Assembly (NCBI GenBank): GCA_020724845.1
Contig: DYGE01000003.1
Span: 1,377-65,376, forward strand
Origin: Candidatus Paceibacter sp.
Lineage (GTDB): Bacteria; Patescibacteriota; Minisyncoccia; UBA6257; 02-FULL-45-10c
Direction of reading: 5' to 3'
Length of the DNA: 64,000 nucleotides
The notes under the pieces are model-generated. The model did no database searches and was not told where the DNA came from. It worked only from the letters and a program-made list of their open reading frames with translations. The position numbers and the translations under genes are program-made. Positions 36,693-46,402 of the stretch are shown here, one piece after another. The first letter of the stretch is position 1. Every line of letters starts with the position of its first letter.

Positions 36693-37742
36693 ATGACAAA
36701 ATCTCATAAAATACTTATCGGGATTATAGCTCTGCTTATTATAGGAGGCGTGATTTATAGTGTTCATCTTGTTGACCGCAGGAAGGACATGACGAAGAAT
36801 GAGTTATCAGACGTAGGGATCAACATTCCCCCTGGTTGGTATGAACATCGATTAACTGGTACACATATTATTTTGACAAAGCAGGAAGATCTCCCCGACA
36901 TTGGTGCCACTGAAGGATATGCCTACGGCGAACAGATAAATATTAGCGTCTTACCAGCAGGTATACCGTCGAAAGAGTGGGTTAGCCAAAATTTTATGGA
37001 CCTGGAGGATGTACTTGTTAAGGAGGCGGCGTGGAGCATTGTAGATAACGGAGATACTATTATTGATCCTGGCGATATAACTTTTCTGCGCGTAGAGCAT
37101 GAGACTCCTGCAGAGCCGCAATTAACCTATTATGTTTTTGAAAACGGGCGCGTGTATGTATTTTCACTTTATCCTCTTGAACCGCAAAATGCGGAGCGGT
37201 TGGATGCGTTGGAATCGGTAATGCGTTCATATACCAGTATTGGCGCAGATGAACGCATTCGCATTAACGGGGCGGTCACCGCGCTTGCGGACGGCTGGTC
37301 GGCATACCGCAACGAAGAATTAGGCATTGCCTTTGAATACCCATCCATTGTAAACGGAGAGAACATCTTTGTATCCGAGTTTGGGCCTTCCGAAAGAAAT
37401 GGCGTTGCAACAGATGGAGGAGTTTCGTTTTATCCAGACAGTCGTTTTGGTTTTATCAGCATTTCTGTTGCGCGTGCGCCATTTACAACAGTAGAAGACT
37501 GGTTTGATTGGAGAGAAGAACAGGTCGGCTATTCTATCTATAAAGATGGAGAAACAATAATTGACGGTCAGCGAACACTCATTACACATACCCCACAAGA
37601 AGCGGGCGCCCCGCTTCATCCCGAAGAAAACCGCTGGCGGACGACTGTTTTTTTCAAGAATGGCACGTTGTATAAAATCTTTACCCGTGCGGTACCCTAC
37701 GAGGATGTACAAAAGATTTGGGAAACATTTCAGGTTCTCTAA
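36693..37742 (+). CDS. Membrane-anchored PsbP-like protein
   Basis: N-terminal TM; W..Y.NEELG..FEYP; I..TF at the C-terminus. Confidence 0.65.
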   Translation: MTKSHKILIGIIALLIIGGVIYSVHLVDRRKDMTKNELSDVGINIPPGWYEHRLTGTHIILTKQEDLPDIGATEGYAYGEQINISVLPAGIPSKEWVSQNFMDLEDVLVKEAAWSIVDNGDTIIDPGDITFLRVEHETPAEPQLTYYVFENGRVYVFSLYPLEPQNAERLDALESVMRSYTSIGADERIRINGAVTALADGWSAYRNEELGIAFEYPSIVNGENIFVSEFGPSERNGVATDGGVSFYPDSRFGFISISVARAPFTTVEDWFDWREEQVGYSIYKDGETIIDGQRTLITHTPQEAGAPLHPEENRWRTTVFFKNGTLYKIFTRAVPYEDVQKIWETFQVL

Positions 37743-37791
37743 GCCCTAATGGCCTTCTTCGTATTAATGAAACTTGGTAAAATAAAAAACA

Positions 37792-38571
37792 ATGAAAAAA
37801 CCTAATAAAATTATTATCGGGTTCGTTATCTTGGCCCTGCTTGTCGGAGGCTTCTTTGTTTTAAATTCGTATATCTACAATGAAAAGCAGGCCGTTACCG
37901 CAGACGACTATAAGAACGCGGAATTTATCATAGAGGGTGAACGAATAACGCTTGGCGGAGAGGCGCGCTATTTTGGAAATGATCTTATGACCGACCTGAA
38001 TGACGACGGACGTGATGACGTTATCTTTCTCATTACGCATGAACCAGGCGGTAGTGGCACCTTTTACTACGCCGTTGCCGCACTCAATACCGAATATGGC
38101 TATATCGGCTCTGACGGCTATTTCTTGGGTGACCGCATCGCGCCACAGACAATTGAGGAGAGCCAAAACCCGCGCCATGTAAATGTCATTGTAGTGAACT
38201 ATGCTGACCGTGCCCCAGGCGAACCGATGACTGCCGAGCCATCAGTCGGTAAGAGCGTGTATCTTAAGCTCGACCCAACGGCAATGCAGTGGGGCATCGT
38301 TGAGCCAGACTTTGAAGGAGAAAGTGTTTTGCCGCTTGCGGACGAACTTATCCTTAACTGCCAGCAGGATATTCCACGGGAGAAAATAGATGATTCGGTC
38401 CTAGACATAGAGCGCGGAACGGTAACCGTTTACTGGTGGGATGGACAGCTACAGGATAATGTTTCGCTGATCCTTCCATATCAACCTGAAACTGATTTCG
38501 CGGGCTGCTCGGAATCAGTAAGAGACTTCTTGCGCCATATCCAAGATACTTATGAAGACAATAAGGATTAA
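37792..38571 (+). CDS. Membrane-anchored hypothetical protein
   Basis: N-terminal TM; DLN.DG..D, PGGSGTFYY, LGDRIAPQ. Confidence 0.75.
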   Translation: MKKPNKIIIGFVILALLVGGFFVLNSYIYNEKQAVTADDYKNAEFIIEGERITLGGEARYFGNDLMTDLNDDGRDDVIFLITHEPGGSGTFYYAVAALNTEYGYIGSDGYFLGDRIAPQTIEESQNPRHVNVIVVNYADRAPGEPMTAEPSVGKSVYLKLDPTAMQWGIVEPDFEGESVLPLADELILNCQQDIPREKIDDSVLDIERGTVTVYWWDGQLQDNVSLILPYQPETDFAGCSESVRDFLRHIQDTYEDNKD

Positions 38572-38584
38572 ATACTTTTTTATT

Positions 38585-39289
38585 ATGCCAAAGCAAAAAA
38601 TTACCATTATAGCCGCAACAGTTCTTGTCCTCATTGGAGGAGCGGTGTTTTTTAATAATCAAAAGGAGGGCAACGATTCTTTCAGCGGGTCAGGCGTGCT
38701 CAGTCCAATTCAGGAGGTCTATGCCGCTTTGCCAGAGCAGGCAAAGCCTTTTTATTACCAGCAGAGCGAAGGATTGACTAAACCTGTTCCCGAACGACTG
38801 GTAGAGCTTGATCAGCTGACCATCGGCTGTTTTGGAGCGGATACTATTATGCAGATGTCGCCAGACGACACGAATCTTGGCGGGCAGTGTTGCGGTGTTC
38901 TGAAGGATATAGAAGCATACGAGGCCCAGCTTCCCGCTCTGCATGCCTTTATTGAAGAAAACGGAAACATAGACCTGATTCCTAGAGACCCCTATGACAT
39001 ACCCGTTACCCATGCGCAAACTCTAATCGGATTTGACCAGGAAATCATGCTGTCAGTAGAAGAGCAGGACATATACGATGAGGCCGTAATCCTTTCCCAT
39101 CACGGCGGCCCCTGCTGCTGTAAGTGCTGGAAATGGTACATGATGTCTGGCCTGGGCAAGAAGCTGATTGCAGAACACGGCTGGGATGCCGAACAGCTGG
39201 CTGAGCTCTGGGATTTATCCAGCTCATGCGGTCATGCCGAAGATACGAATATGCAGAAGCACTACGAGCACGACGATGAAGCGGTTTAA
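38585..39289 (+). CDS. Exported Cys-rich protein
   Basis: N-terminal TM; GGQCC, GPCCCKCW, SSCG. Confidence 0.75.
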   Translation: MPKQKITIIAATVLVLIGGAVFFNNQKEGNDSFSGSGVLSPIQEVYAALPEQAKPFYYQQSEGLTKPVPERLVELDQLTIGCFGADTIMQMSPDDTNLGGQCCGVLKDIEAYEAQLPALHAFIEENGNIDLIPRDPYDIPVTHAQTLIGFDQEIMLSVEEQDIYDEAVILSHHGGPCCCKCWKWYMMSGLGKKLIAEHGWDAEQLAELWDLSSSCGHAEDTNMQKHYEHDDEAV

Positions 39290-39394
39290 TCAGTACGCTT
39301 TCCCCGTTTCAATCAACCGCACGGCTGCCTGGAGGGCATAGGGCGTTTCGCCCTCTATCAGAGCCGTGCGTATATCTTCTGTTACGCGGAGCCA
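39290..39394 (-). other. Displaced 3' end of the recombinase gene (attR fragment)
   Basis: Reads WLRVTEDIRTALIEGETPYALQAAVRLIETGKAY*, in frame with the recombinase WL codons across the GGAGCCA core. Confidence 0.75.
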
Positions 39395-39398
39395 AATA

Positions 39399-39424
39399 AA
39401 AATCCGTCTAGTCAGACGGGTTTT
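39399..39424. terminator. Terminator, probably the original tRNA-Asn terminator
   Basis: AAAATCCGTCT-AGTC-AGACGGGTTTT immediately after the right direct repeat. Confidence 0.7.
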
Positions 39425-39668
39425 CCATTATCTTGGATAAATCCTCAAAAAGTTTTTCCATATTTTCTTTAAGCTCTTTGATTTTCTTTGAGTCCGCGGG
39501 TTTCAGTTCAATGTTATGATCTTCTTTGCAGTGCCTAATCATTTGACCTAGTTTAATTCTTTTTTTGCAGTACTCGCAGATACTACAGCAGGGGATGCAG
39601 CTGAGATCATCGCAATGTTTCATCTCTGGGTTGGTGTGGCAGGGACATTCACACTTGAATTTTGACAT
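39408..39668 (-). CDS. Small Cys/His-rich protein
   Basis: CECPCH..HC..C.PCC.IC.YC..HC..H. Confidence 0.6.
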   Translation of the reverse strand: MSKFKCECPCHTNPEMKHCDDLSCIPCCSICEYCKKRIKLGQMIRHCKEDHNIELKPADSKKIKELKENMEKLFEDLSKIMENPSD

Positions 39669-39844
39669 TCCCAAACTCTGACTAGCTTACTAGTCCAAAT
39701 AATAATTTACTTAATAATTTTTTGCAATATAATTAAATTTTCACAACCCTGACTCTAAAATTCTTTACGATTGGGAGTAAAATTTCTTCTCAAATACCCC
39801 AATAATCCTGTGGTTTTTGTGTAAAATGGAGTTATTATCTAAAT

Positions 39845-40609
39845 ATGAAAACACTAGAACAACCGCCAAAGGAATCAAACAAATTAAAGAAAGAGATAGA
39901 TCCTCGGGGGCGTAAGGAAGAAATTAAGAAATATAATTTTGAGGAATTTGAGAGATTAGAAAAATCCACTATTAGCTTAGTCGAACAACTAAAAGAAAAA
40001 ATAGACAGAGGGGAATATGATATGTTGATCAGCGACGATTCTAGCGGTAGATTACATACTCTAATACTAAGAAAGGTAATTAACGAGAGGAATAGAAAAA
40101 TGCATCCAGAGTTGCCTCAAAATGAAACTGAGGTTAAGACTAGGTTTATCGCGGGAGGGACCGATATAGATGATAGATATTCAAAAATCTCAGAGTTTTT
40201 TCAAAAACTACGGCCAGAGGTTAAGAAAAAGGCTCTGTTAGTTACGGAGTATATGAACACCGGAAGAAGTATAAGATATTTAGCCGAATTGATTGAGCAT
40301 AGCGGCATAGATTTTGATATTGCTACAGACAGGGCCGAGGATACTCCCGAGGGATATAAAAGAAAGTTCCCGAATACTTTAGGAAGTAAAGTTGTATATG
40401 TAGGCATGGTCGGCAGAGAATTCCCTCTCTATAAGAAGCCTTGGCTTACGGGCGTTGAAAAGAAATTATTTAGTTCTGAAGCTCATCCAAGAGCGTATAG
40501 GGATAACCTCGATGCGCCGATTCAGGGTTCTCAGGAGGATGTGAATAAAGCCAGAGAAGATGTGGGTATTTTAGCCGACAAGGTATTACGGGAAGTTTGG
40601 GGAGATTAA
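39845..40609 (+). CDS. PRTase-fold-like hypothetical protein
   Basis: ISDDSSGR and LLVTEYMNTGRS (PRPP-loop-like). Confidence 0.55.
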   Translation: MKTLEQPPKESNKLKKEIDPRGRKEEIKKYNFEEFERLEKSTISLVEQLKEKIDRGEYDMLISDDSSGRLHTLILRKVINERNRKMHPELPQNETEVKTRFIAGGTDIDDRYSKISEFFQKLRPEVKKKALLVTEYMNTGRSIRYLAELIEHSGIDFDIATDRAEDTPEGYKRKFPNTLGSKVVYVGMVGREFPLYKKPWLTGVEKKLFSSEAHPRAYRDNLDAPIQGSQEDVNKAREDVGILADKVLREVWGD

Positions 40610-40747
40610 TTATCAACAAATCCTGGTTTTCTGGTCGGGCGGGCTAGGTGGGCAAGCTGTCAGGCGAGGTAACCAAACAACAGACTAATCTCTGTGGTTT
40701 TTTTGATTTGGTTTACAAAATGCCCATTTCAGTCTATTGTCAGAAAC

Positions 40748-41614
40748 ATGGAGAAACTTCCATCAAAAAAAGAAAATATTGACGGTATTATCATGCCAGA
40801 GAACTTTGAGGCGCGCAGAAAGCAACTTTCAGAACGAATGTGGAGCGGAGAATATGATGAAGCGCTTCCGCTTGCAGATAAGATGTTAGAATATCGTACA
40901 GAACAAGGAGACAGAGACGCCGCGCTTGTAAACTATGCGAGTAATTATTATTCTGTGGCATCAAGGTTGTGGAAAGAAAAAGGAGCTAAAGAAATAGCTT
41001 CAGTTGGGGGGCATATGAACACAGCGTTGCGCGCTCTCCAGGAGCGATTAGAAAAGGAAATTGAAGCGGGTGGAGGAAAAAAAGAAGGAATGATCCCGGT
41101 TTCGCTTAATAGAATGACAGCAAGCGAACTTGATGTAATGCAGGTAGTTTACAGAAAGGCAGCCGTAATTGCGGATAAAGTTCCTTTAGTAAAGCCTATG
41201 AGGACATTATTGTTAAGCAAAGAAAATGATAAAGTCCGTGATTGGGACGCGGCCGCGCTTCTTTCAATTAGGGCAGGTCTTAATAAAGTTCGGGATGCGG
41301 AAAAATCTGGAAAACCAGAGCCGCCTCATACGGAAATCTTTCTGCGGATAGGGGCATTTGAAATAGCCAAGCGATACGGATGGGATAACGACGCGCAAAC
41401 TCGCGCTAAGAAGATTTTTGAACTCGCGGAACGCTACCCGTGGCCATCAAAAGAAGAAAAGTCAGATAAAAGCGTTTATGGTCAGGCCGCCAGAGTGGCG
41501 AGGCAACTTAGAGATGTGGCTCGGACAACCGATGATAAAGAAAAAGCCGCGGAGTACGAAGAAAAAGCAAAGTCTTATTCAGAAGAGGTGCCAGACCAAA
41601 AAGCAAAACTTTGA
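40748..41614 (+). CDS. Helical hypothetical protein
   Basis: Long ORF, Ala/Glu/Lys-rich helices. Confidence 0.65.
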   Translation: MEKLPSKKENIDGIIMPENFEARRKQLSERMWSGEYDEALPLADKMLEYRTEQGDRDAALVNYASNYYSVASRLWKEKGAKEIASVGGHMNTALRALQERLEKEIEAGGGKKEGMIPVSLNRMTASELDVMQVVYRKAAVIADKVPLVKPMRTLLLSKENDKVRDWDAAALLSIRAGLNKVRDAEKSGKPEPPHTEIFLRIGAFEIAKRYGWDNDAQTRAKKIFELAERYPWPSKEEKSDKSVYGQAARVARQLRDVARTTDDKEKAAEYEEKAKSYSEEVPDQKAKL

Positions 41615-41718
41615 AATGGGAGATTACTAAAAGCTGCCCAAAACAGAATAATGGTTGCGTCCCGGACTTTTTTGGATTATCCTAAGAATTAGCAAAACTA
41701 ATTCAGGTTCGTCTCCAA

Positions 41719-41994
41719 GTGAACAAAGGTCCTCTTGCTAAGTGGGAAGACAATGATTCAAGGCATGAAAATCTAGTTTGGTGGTCCAGGTTGGATAACC
41801 GCTACCAGATTGAGGTTCAGAGGACCGGGGAACGCGCGGGAGATTTGGTAATTTATGACCATAGCGATGGCGACAAGGAGCTTCTTAGAGAGTCGGTAGG
41901 GCTCTCTTATGGGGCAAGGTTCGGTCCCGACGTTTCCGATGTGGAAGATTGGAAAGAGCGAGCTGTCAAATTTGTAGACGGATTAGAGCAGTAA
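41719..41994 (+). CDS. Hypothetical protein
   Basis: 91-aa ORF (GTG start) followed by a terminator. Confidence 0.65.
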   Translation: MNKGPLAKWEDNDSRHENLVWWSRLDNRYQIEVQRTGERAGDLVIYDHSDGDKELLRESVGLSYGARFGPDVSDVEDWKERAVKFVDGLEQ

Positions 41995-42070
41995 CCGCTC
42001 AATAGGGCGGTTTTTTCTTTGGTTTCTGGTATAATTGGAATGTCGTACTAATTTAAAAATTCGATCTTAT

Positions 42071-42271
42071 ATGAAAACTTTAAAATGTGATTTGTGCGAA
42101 CACGAAGCTCAAGGCGAAACATTTGAGCAATGGATGGAGGCGATGAAGCCTCATTATGCCGAAGCGCACGCGGACTTTATGAGGCAACAGGGCGAAAAGT
42201 CGGAAGAAGAACAGAAAGCAGGGATGCAAAAGTGGGTGACCGATAACAAGGCGCGATTTGAAGCCGCGTAG
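42071..42271 (+). CDS. DUF1059-like small metal-binding protein
   Basis: MKTLKC..C......T.E......H...H. Confidence 0.65.
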   Translation: MKTLKCDLCEHEAQGETFEQWMEAMKPHYAEAHADFMRQQGEKSEEEQKAGMQKWVTDNKARFEAA

Positions 42272-42347
42272 ACTTTGGGCACGGCCTCAATATAAACTGA
42301 GTTCTCAATAAAAAATCCGCTCATTGAGAGCGGGTTTGAACTTTGTA

Positions 42348-42881
42348 TTAGCGCTTATCTTCTAACTTGATGAGCCTAGCTTTGTTATGGGCTCCGACTA
42401 GCAATCCGTAGCTTTCTCTAAATCTTCTCTCTTCCCACCTCGGTGGCAAGTCTTTCAAATAGAACCCGCCAATAAAGGAACTAATTCCACTAGAGAACAC
42501 TAAAATAGCAAGGGGCAAACTTTGAATCACCGAGAGGCATATCATGGTCCCGCCTCCAGCAATCACTATTCCCAGAATGGCGAAGAGAAGACCATCTCCG
42601 GTTTTCTCCGATAGCCTTGAGAGAGCCGCGGGTAGTTTTACCTTTTCATCTACTAGACCGGCAAGAATGGGAAGTTCTTCTTTGCTAAATTCACTAACTT
42701 GTTTCCGGCTTATACCGAGATATCGCTCGGCAAGTTCGGGTAGGCACTGCTCAATTTGTTTTAGAGCTTCCTGTTGTTCGGCAGCTATTTTTGTAGCTTG
42801 GTTTTTCCTCTGCAAAATCGCCAGCTTGGCTATCGCTTTCTCTCGAGGATGCTGTGTGACCAGAGACTTGTTTTCAACCAT
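42348..42881 (-). CDS. 2-TM orphan membrane protein, paralog family member 2
   Basis: AK, YLGI and two TMs; promoter segment identical to that of the 51491 gene. Confidence 0.75.
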   Translation of the reverse strand: MVENKSLVTQHPREKAIAKLAILQRKNQATKIAAEQQEALKQIEQCLPELAERYLGISRKQVSEFSKEELPILAGLVDEKVKLPAALSRLSEKTGDGLLFAILGIVIAGGGTMICLSVIQSLPLAILVFSSGISSFIGGFYLKDLPPRWEERRFRESYGLLVGAHNKARLIKLEDKR

Positions 42882-43020
42882 TTATACACCTTTCTCAAAG
42901 TTCTTAGGATGCCTATATATTATCAGAAAAAATTGAGTTTGGCAAGTGTTGATTTGGGAGTATTTGCTTTTTAAGCATTATTGACTGGGGATGATTTTAG
43001 AGTTTAGACTTCAAGGAATT

Positions 43021-43629
43021 ATGGGAGAATCAAATAAATCTCTAATATTTAAATGGAAAGACAGTCTCGCCCCAGCCCGAATTTCAAAGATAATAAGGGA
43101 TGGCGGAACGGGCGTTCTTCCTACGGACACTATCTACGGGCTGGTTGCTTCGGCGCTTGATAAAAAAGCGGTGGGAAAAGTTTATAAAATGCGCGAGCGA
43201 AATCCTAAGAAGCCATTCATTATACTCATCAGTTCTGTCAGGGATTTGGAAATTTTTGGCATCAGGGTTGATAAAAAATTGAGATCATTGCTGTTTAAAT
43301 TCTGGCCAGGCAAAGTTAGCGTTATTTTGCCCTGTCCGTTGAAGCGCTATCACTATCTTCACAGGGGCACGAACAGTTTGGCTTTCCGTTTGCCGGCAAA
43401 TGAAGATTTGATTGAAATTCTAAAAAAGACCGGGCCCCTGATCGCGCCTAGCGCCAATTTGGAAGGACTCCCGCCGGCAAAAACTATTGAGCGGGCCAGA
43501 AAATATTTTGGCGACCAAGCGGAATTTTACGCGGACAGCGGCAAGTTGGATTCGCCGCCATCAACTCTTATAAGAATTTCGGCAAACGGAGAGGTTGCGG
43601 TTTTAAGGCGCGGAGCGATGAAGATTTGA
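43021..43629 (+). CDS. tsaC: Threonylcarbamoyl-AMP synthase (TsaC/Sua5/YrdC)
   Basis: PTDTIYGL, WPG.VS.I, SAN, PSTL. Confidence 0.9.
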   Translation: MGESNKSLIFKWKDSLAPARISKIIRDGGTGVLPTDTIYGLVASALDKKAVGKVYKMRERNPKKPFIILISSVRDLEIFGIRVDKKLRSLLFKFWPGKVSVILPCPLKRYHYLHRGTNSLAFRLPANEDLIEILKKTGPLIAPSANLEGLPPAKTIERARKYFGDQAEFYADSGKLDSPPSTLIRISANGEVAVLRRGAMKI

Positions 43630-43747
43630 GAAACGAGGTTAAATAATTGCTATTGACTTTATGGGAGATTTTTGATACTATATGTATCGGCATATCCCGG
43701 TGCAGAATTGATCGGGATATTCACAAACGAAAAAGGAGGCGGGGAGT

Positions 43748-45088
43748 ATGAACCTGCTGCTGTTGTTGCCGTTGCTGTTGGTTGTCGTAGCCGTAGCGGG
43801 CCTTTTGGCCGCGGTGATGTTCCGCCGGGTGGTTAGCACCAATACGGTGCATATCGTGCAAAGCCGCACTAAGACGACTCCGTACGGGACTCAACAGGGC
43901 GAAGGCAACGTCTATTACCAGTGGCCCTCATGGGTTCCTGGTCTGGGCGTTACGGTCATCGAGTTGCCGGTCAGCAACTTTGACCTTTCGCTGAAGGACT
44001 ACGAAGCCTATGACAAAGACCGCGTGCCTTTCAAGGTTGATGTTACGGCGTTCTTCCGCATTGAAAACACGGCGCTGGCCGCTCAACGAGTGTCCAACAT
44101 CAAGGAACTGGAAGAGCAGCTTTCGCTGATCGTGCAGGGCGCGGTGAGAAAGGTGCTCGCTTCGGACGTTATTGACTCCATCATGCTGGAGCGTTCCAAG
44201 TTCGGCGACGAGTTTACCAAGGAGGTTGCGGAACAGCTTAAAGAGTGGGGCGTGAGGTCGGTGAAGTCCATGGAGCTGATGGATATCCGCGACGCCCACG
44301 ACAGCAAGGTCATTTCCAACATCATGGCCAAGAAGACGTCGCATATTGAAATGGAGAGCCGCACGGAAGTCGCCAAGAACACCAAAGCGGCCGAGACGGC
44401 GGAGATTGAGTCCAGGGAGGCCGTTGACATCCGCAAGCAAGTGGCCGAAGAGGCGGTCGGCAAGCGTACGGCCGAGAAGGAGAGGACCGTCGGCATTGCC
44501 AACCAGCAGTCCCGCCAGGAAGTTCTCGCGCAGGAGAAGGTGACGCAGGAACGCGACATGGAAGTGAAGCGGGTTCAGCAGGTCAAGATGGCGGAGATCA
44601 CCAAGGAACAGCAGGTCGTCGCTGCCGAGCAGGAGAAGGAGACGATGGTCATCAAAGCCGAGGGCGGCCTGGAAGCCCAGCGCAAGGAAGCGGAGGGCGT
44701 CAAGGTGCTCGGCGAGGCGAAGGCCGATGCCGAGAAGGCCATGCAGATGGCGCCGGTGCAGGCGCAGATCGCGCTTGCCCAGGAGATCGGCGAAAACGAA
44801 GGGTATCAGAAATATCTGGCGATGATTGAGGCCGTTAAGGCATACCTCACGGTCGGCAGCAAGCAGGCCGAGGCCTTGCAGAAGGCCGAGGTCAAGGTGA
44901 TCGCCAATACTGGCCACCCTACGGCTGGCGCTCGAGATGTGATGGATCTGTTTACGTCCAAGGGCGGAACGGACTTGGCCGCTATGGTTGAAGGGTTCGC
45001 CCAGACGCCGCTAGGCCAAGCGACCTTGAGCAAGCTGGGGGTCACGACGAACGGCCATTCGCCCGAGGCGCCGAAAGCGGGAAAGTAA
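43748..45088 (+). CDS. SPFH/flotillin family protein
   Basis: N-terminal TM, band-7 domain, AE-rich coiled coil; GGAGG RBS. Confidence 0.88.
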   Translation: MNLLLLLPLLLVVVAVAGLLAAVMFRRVVSTNTVHIVQSRTKTTPYGTQQGEGNVYYQWPSWVPGLGVTVIELPVSNFDLSLKDYEAYDKDRVPFKVDVTAFFRIENTALAAQRVSNIKELEEQLSLIVQGAVRKVLASDVIDSIMLERSKFGDEFTKEVAEQLKEWGVRSVKSMELMDIRDAHDSKVISNIMAKKTSHIEMESRTEVAKNTKAAETAEIESREAVDIRKQVAEEAVGKRTAEKERTVGIANQQSRQEVLAQEKVTQERDMEVKRVQQVKMAEITKEQQVVAAEQEKETMVIKAEGGLEAQRKEAEGVKVLGEAKADAEKAMQMAPVQAQIALAQEIGENEGYQKYLAMIEAVKAYLTVGSKQAEALQKAEVKVIANTGHPTAGARDVMDLFTSKGGTDLAAMVEGFAQTPLGQATLSKLGVTTNGHSPEAPKAGK

Positions 45089-45197
45089 TTTAGTTCGCTA
45101 CCAGCGGACAAAACAAACCACTCTAACCAGGGTGGTTTTTCTTTTTAATTGGCGAGGCAAAAAAAGAAAATTGCATATCTTTGATATAATTAAAATT

Positions 45198-45365
45198 ATG
45201 AAAGAGTTGATGGCGAAAATTAAATTAAGCGAAATATTTTTCTTGGCTTCCGGGCTTGGGATTCTATTTTCTCTCCCTTGGCTTGAGGGCGGCGGATTTT
45301 CTGTTTGGGCGGTTGCCAAGGCCGCTTATTTCGCCGGGGTAATACTATTAATTTTCAAAAAATAA
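45198..45365 (+). CDS. Small membrane protein
   Basis: TATAAT 7 nt before the ATG; two TMs. Confidence 0.55.
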   Translation: MKELMAKIKLSEIFFLASGLGILFSLPWLEGGGFSVWAVAKAAYFAGVILLIFKK

Positions 45366-45366
45366 A

Positions 45367-46368
45367 ATGTTGGGGATAACTTATCCGGAACTAACCAGAT
45401 TTTTAATCCAGTTTGGCATCGCGGTCAGCGGAGCGGCCTCGCTTTGGGGATGCGTATTCGCGCTCAAAAGCCGCAAAAGCGGAGAAGTTATTTATGAAAA
45501 CTTATCTTCGCTGTTAATGTGGCTTTTTATAGCCGGATTTTTGATCTTCACCTTTAATTGGTGGATAGGCTCATTATTTTTATTTGTTCCTGATATTTTT
45601 GCTCATGAAGGGATCGTTGTCAGGCCGTCCGTGGACGCCGTGCTAAGGGGATTTGAACTTAATATGCCGCTGGTAACATTGATTATGTTATTGGGGATTT
45701 TGAACATTCACTGGTTTTTCTATTACAAGGAATTATGGAAAAAGTACGCTTCAGTTTTGTGGGGAGCGCAATTTTTGTTATTCAGCGCGGTTGCCGCGCT
45801 TTCTGCCGCGGCCCCGGATTTTTTAAGCAGGCTGCAGATGTTTTTTACATTGCATAATTGGCATTCTATACTCACTTTAGGGAGCGTAATCACCGTTGAT
45901 TATCTTTTTTTGGCGACTTTCCGCCTGCACAGCCATAAAAAATTCTTGTACGCTTTTTTCCCGATCATCAGCTTGTTTATTTGGATCGGCTTAGGAATAG
46001 ATTTTTTGAGCAACTTTTTGATTTTCGAAGACGCTTTTCGCTTAGATGACCAGTTTCTTTTCATCCAGACTATCGTGGCGATTATAATTATTAACGGCGC
46101 CATACTCTCTGGGCGGATTAATGAGCTGCTAATCAACTTTGCGGAATTGGCAAAAAGAGAACTCATTGACCCTCTTCTCAAGAAAGTTATTGCCGTTTCC
46201 GGCTCGGTATCGATCGTGTCTTGGCTCACAATAACTTTCATGGATTTTTTTGAATTTTCCGCGAAGTATTGGCAGTTTTGGGGGGTTTATCTGCTTGCTG
46301 TCGTTACGGCTTACACTATTCATGGCATTCTGGAATCGTTTTTCGCCAATGGCGAGCCGGCGCATTAA
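45367..46368 (+). CDS. Polytopic membrane protein
   Basis: Many TMs; C-terminal half resembles that of the next gene. Confidence 0.75.
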   Translation: MLGITYPELTRFLIQFGIAVSGAASLWGCVFALKSRKSGEVIYENLSSLLMWLFIAGFLIFTFNWWIGSLFLFVPDIFAHEGIVVRPSVDAVLRGFELNMPLVTLIMLLGILNIHWFFYYKELWKKYASVLWGAQFLLFSAVAALSAAAPDFLSRLQMFFTLHNWHSILTLGSVITVDYLFLATFRLHSHKKFLYAFFPIISLFIWIGLGIDFLSNFLIFEDAFRLDDQFLFIQTIVAIIIINGAILSGRINELLINFAELAKRELIDPLLKKVIAVSGSVSIVSWLTITFMDFFEFSAKYWQFWGVYLLAVVTAYTIHGILESFFANGEPAH

Positions 46369-46402
46369 AAAGACATCGCGCATTATTTAGCCAAATAAAA
46401 AA

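Larger units (their letters stand above)
23309..39394. mobile_element. ~16 kb integrative element inserted at the 3' end of tRNA-Asn
   Basis: GGAGCCA direct repeats at 23309-15 and 39388-94; serine recombinase at the left end; terminator immediately after the right repeat. Confidence 0.85.

Noticed and set aside
40632-40648. Reverse complement ends CCCGACCA like a tRNA 3' end (similar hint at about 41652, TGGTTGCG)
   Set aside because: There is no T-loop or cloverleaf, and the match is too short to call an att remnant.
43928-44917. 329-aa antisense ORF
   Set aside because: It is a shadow of the GC3-rich flotillin gene, with no motifs or expression signals.
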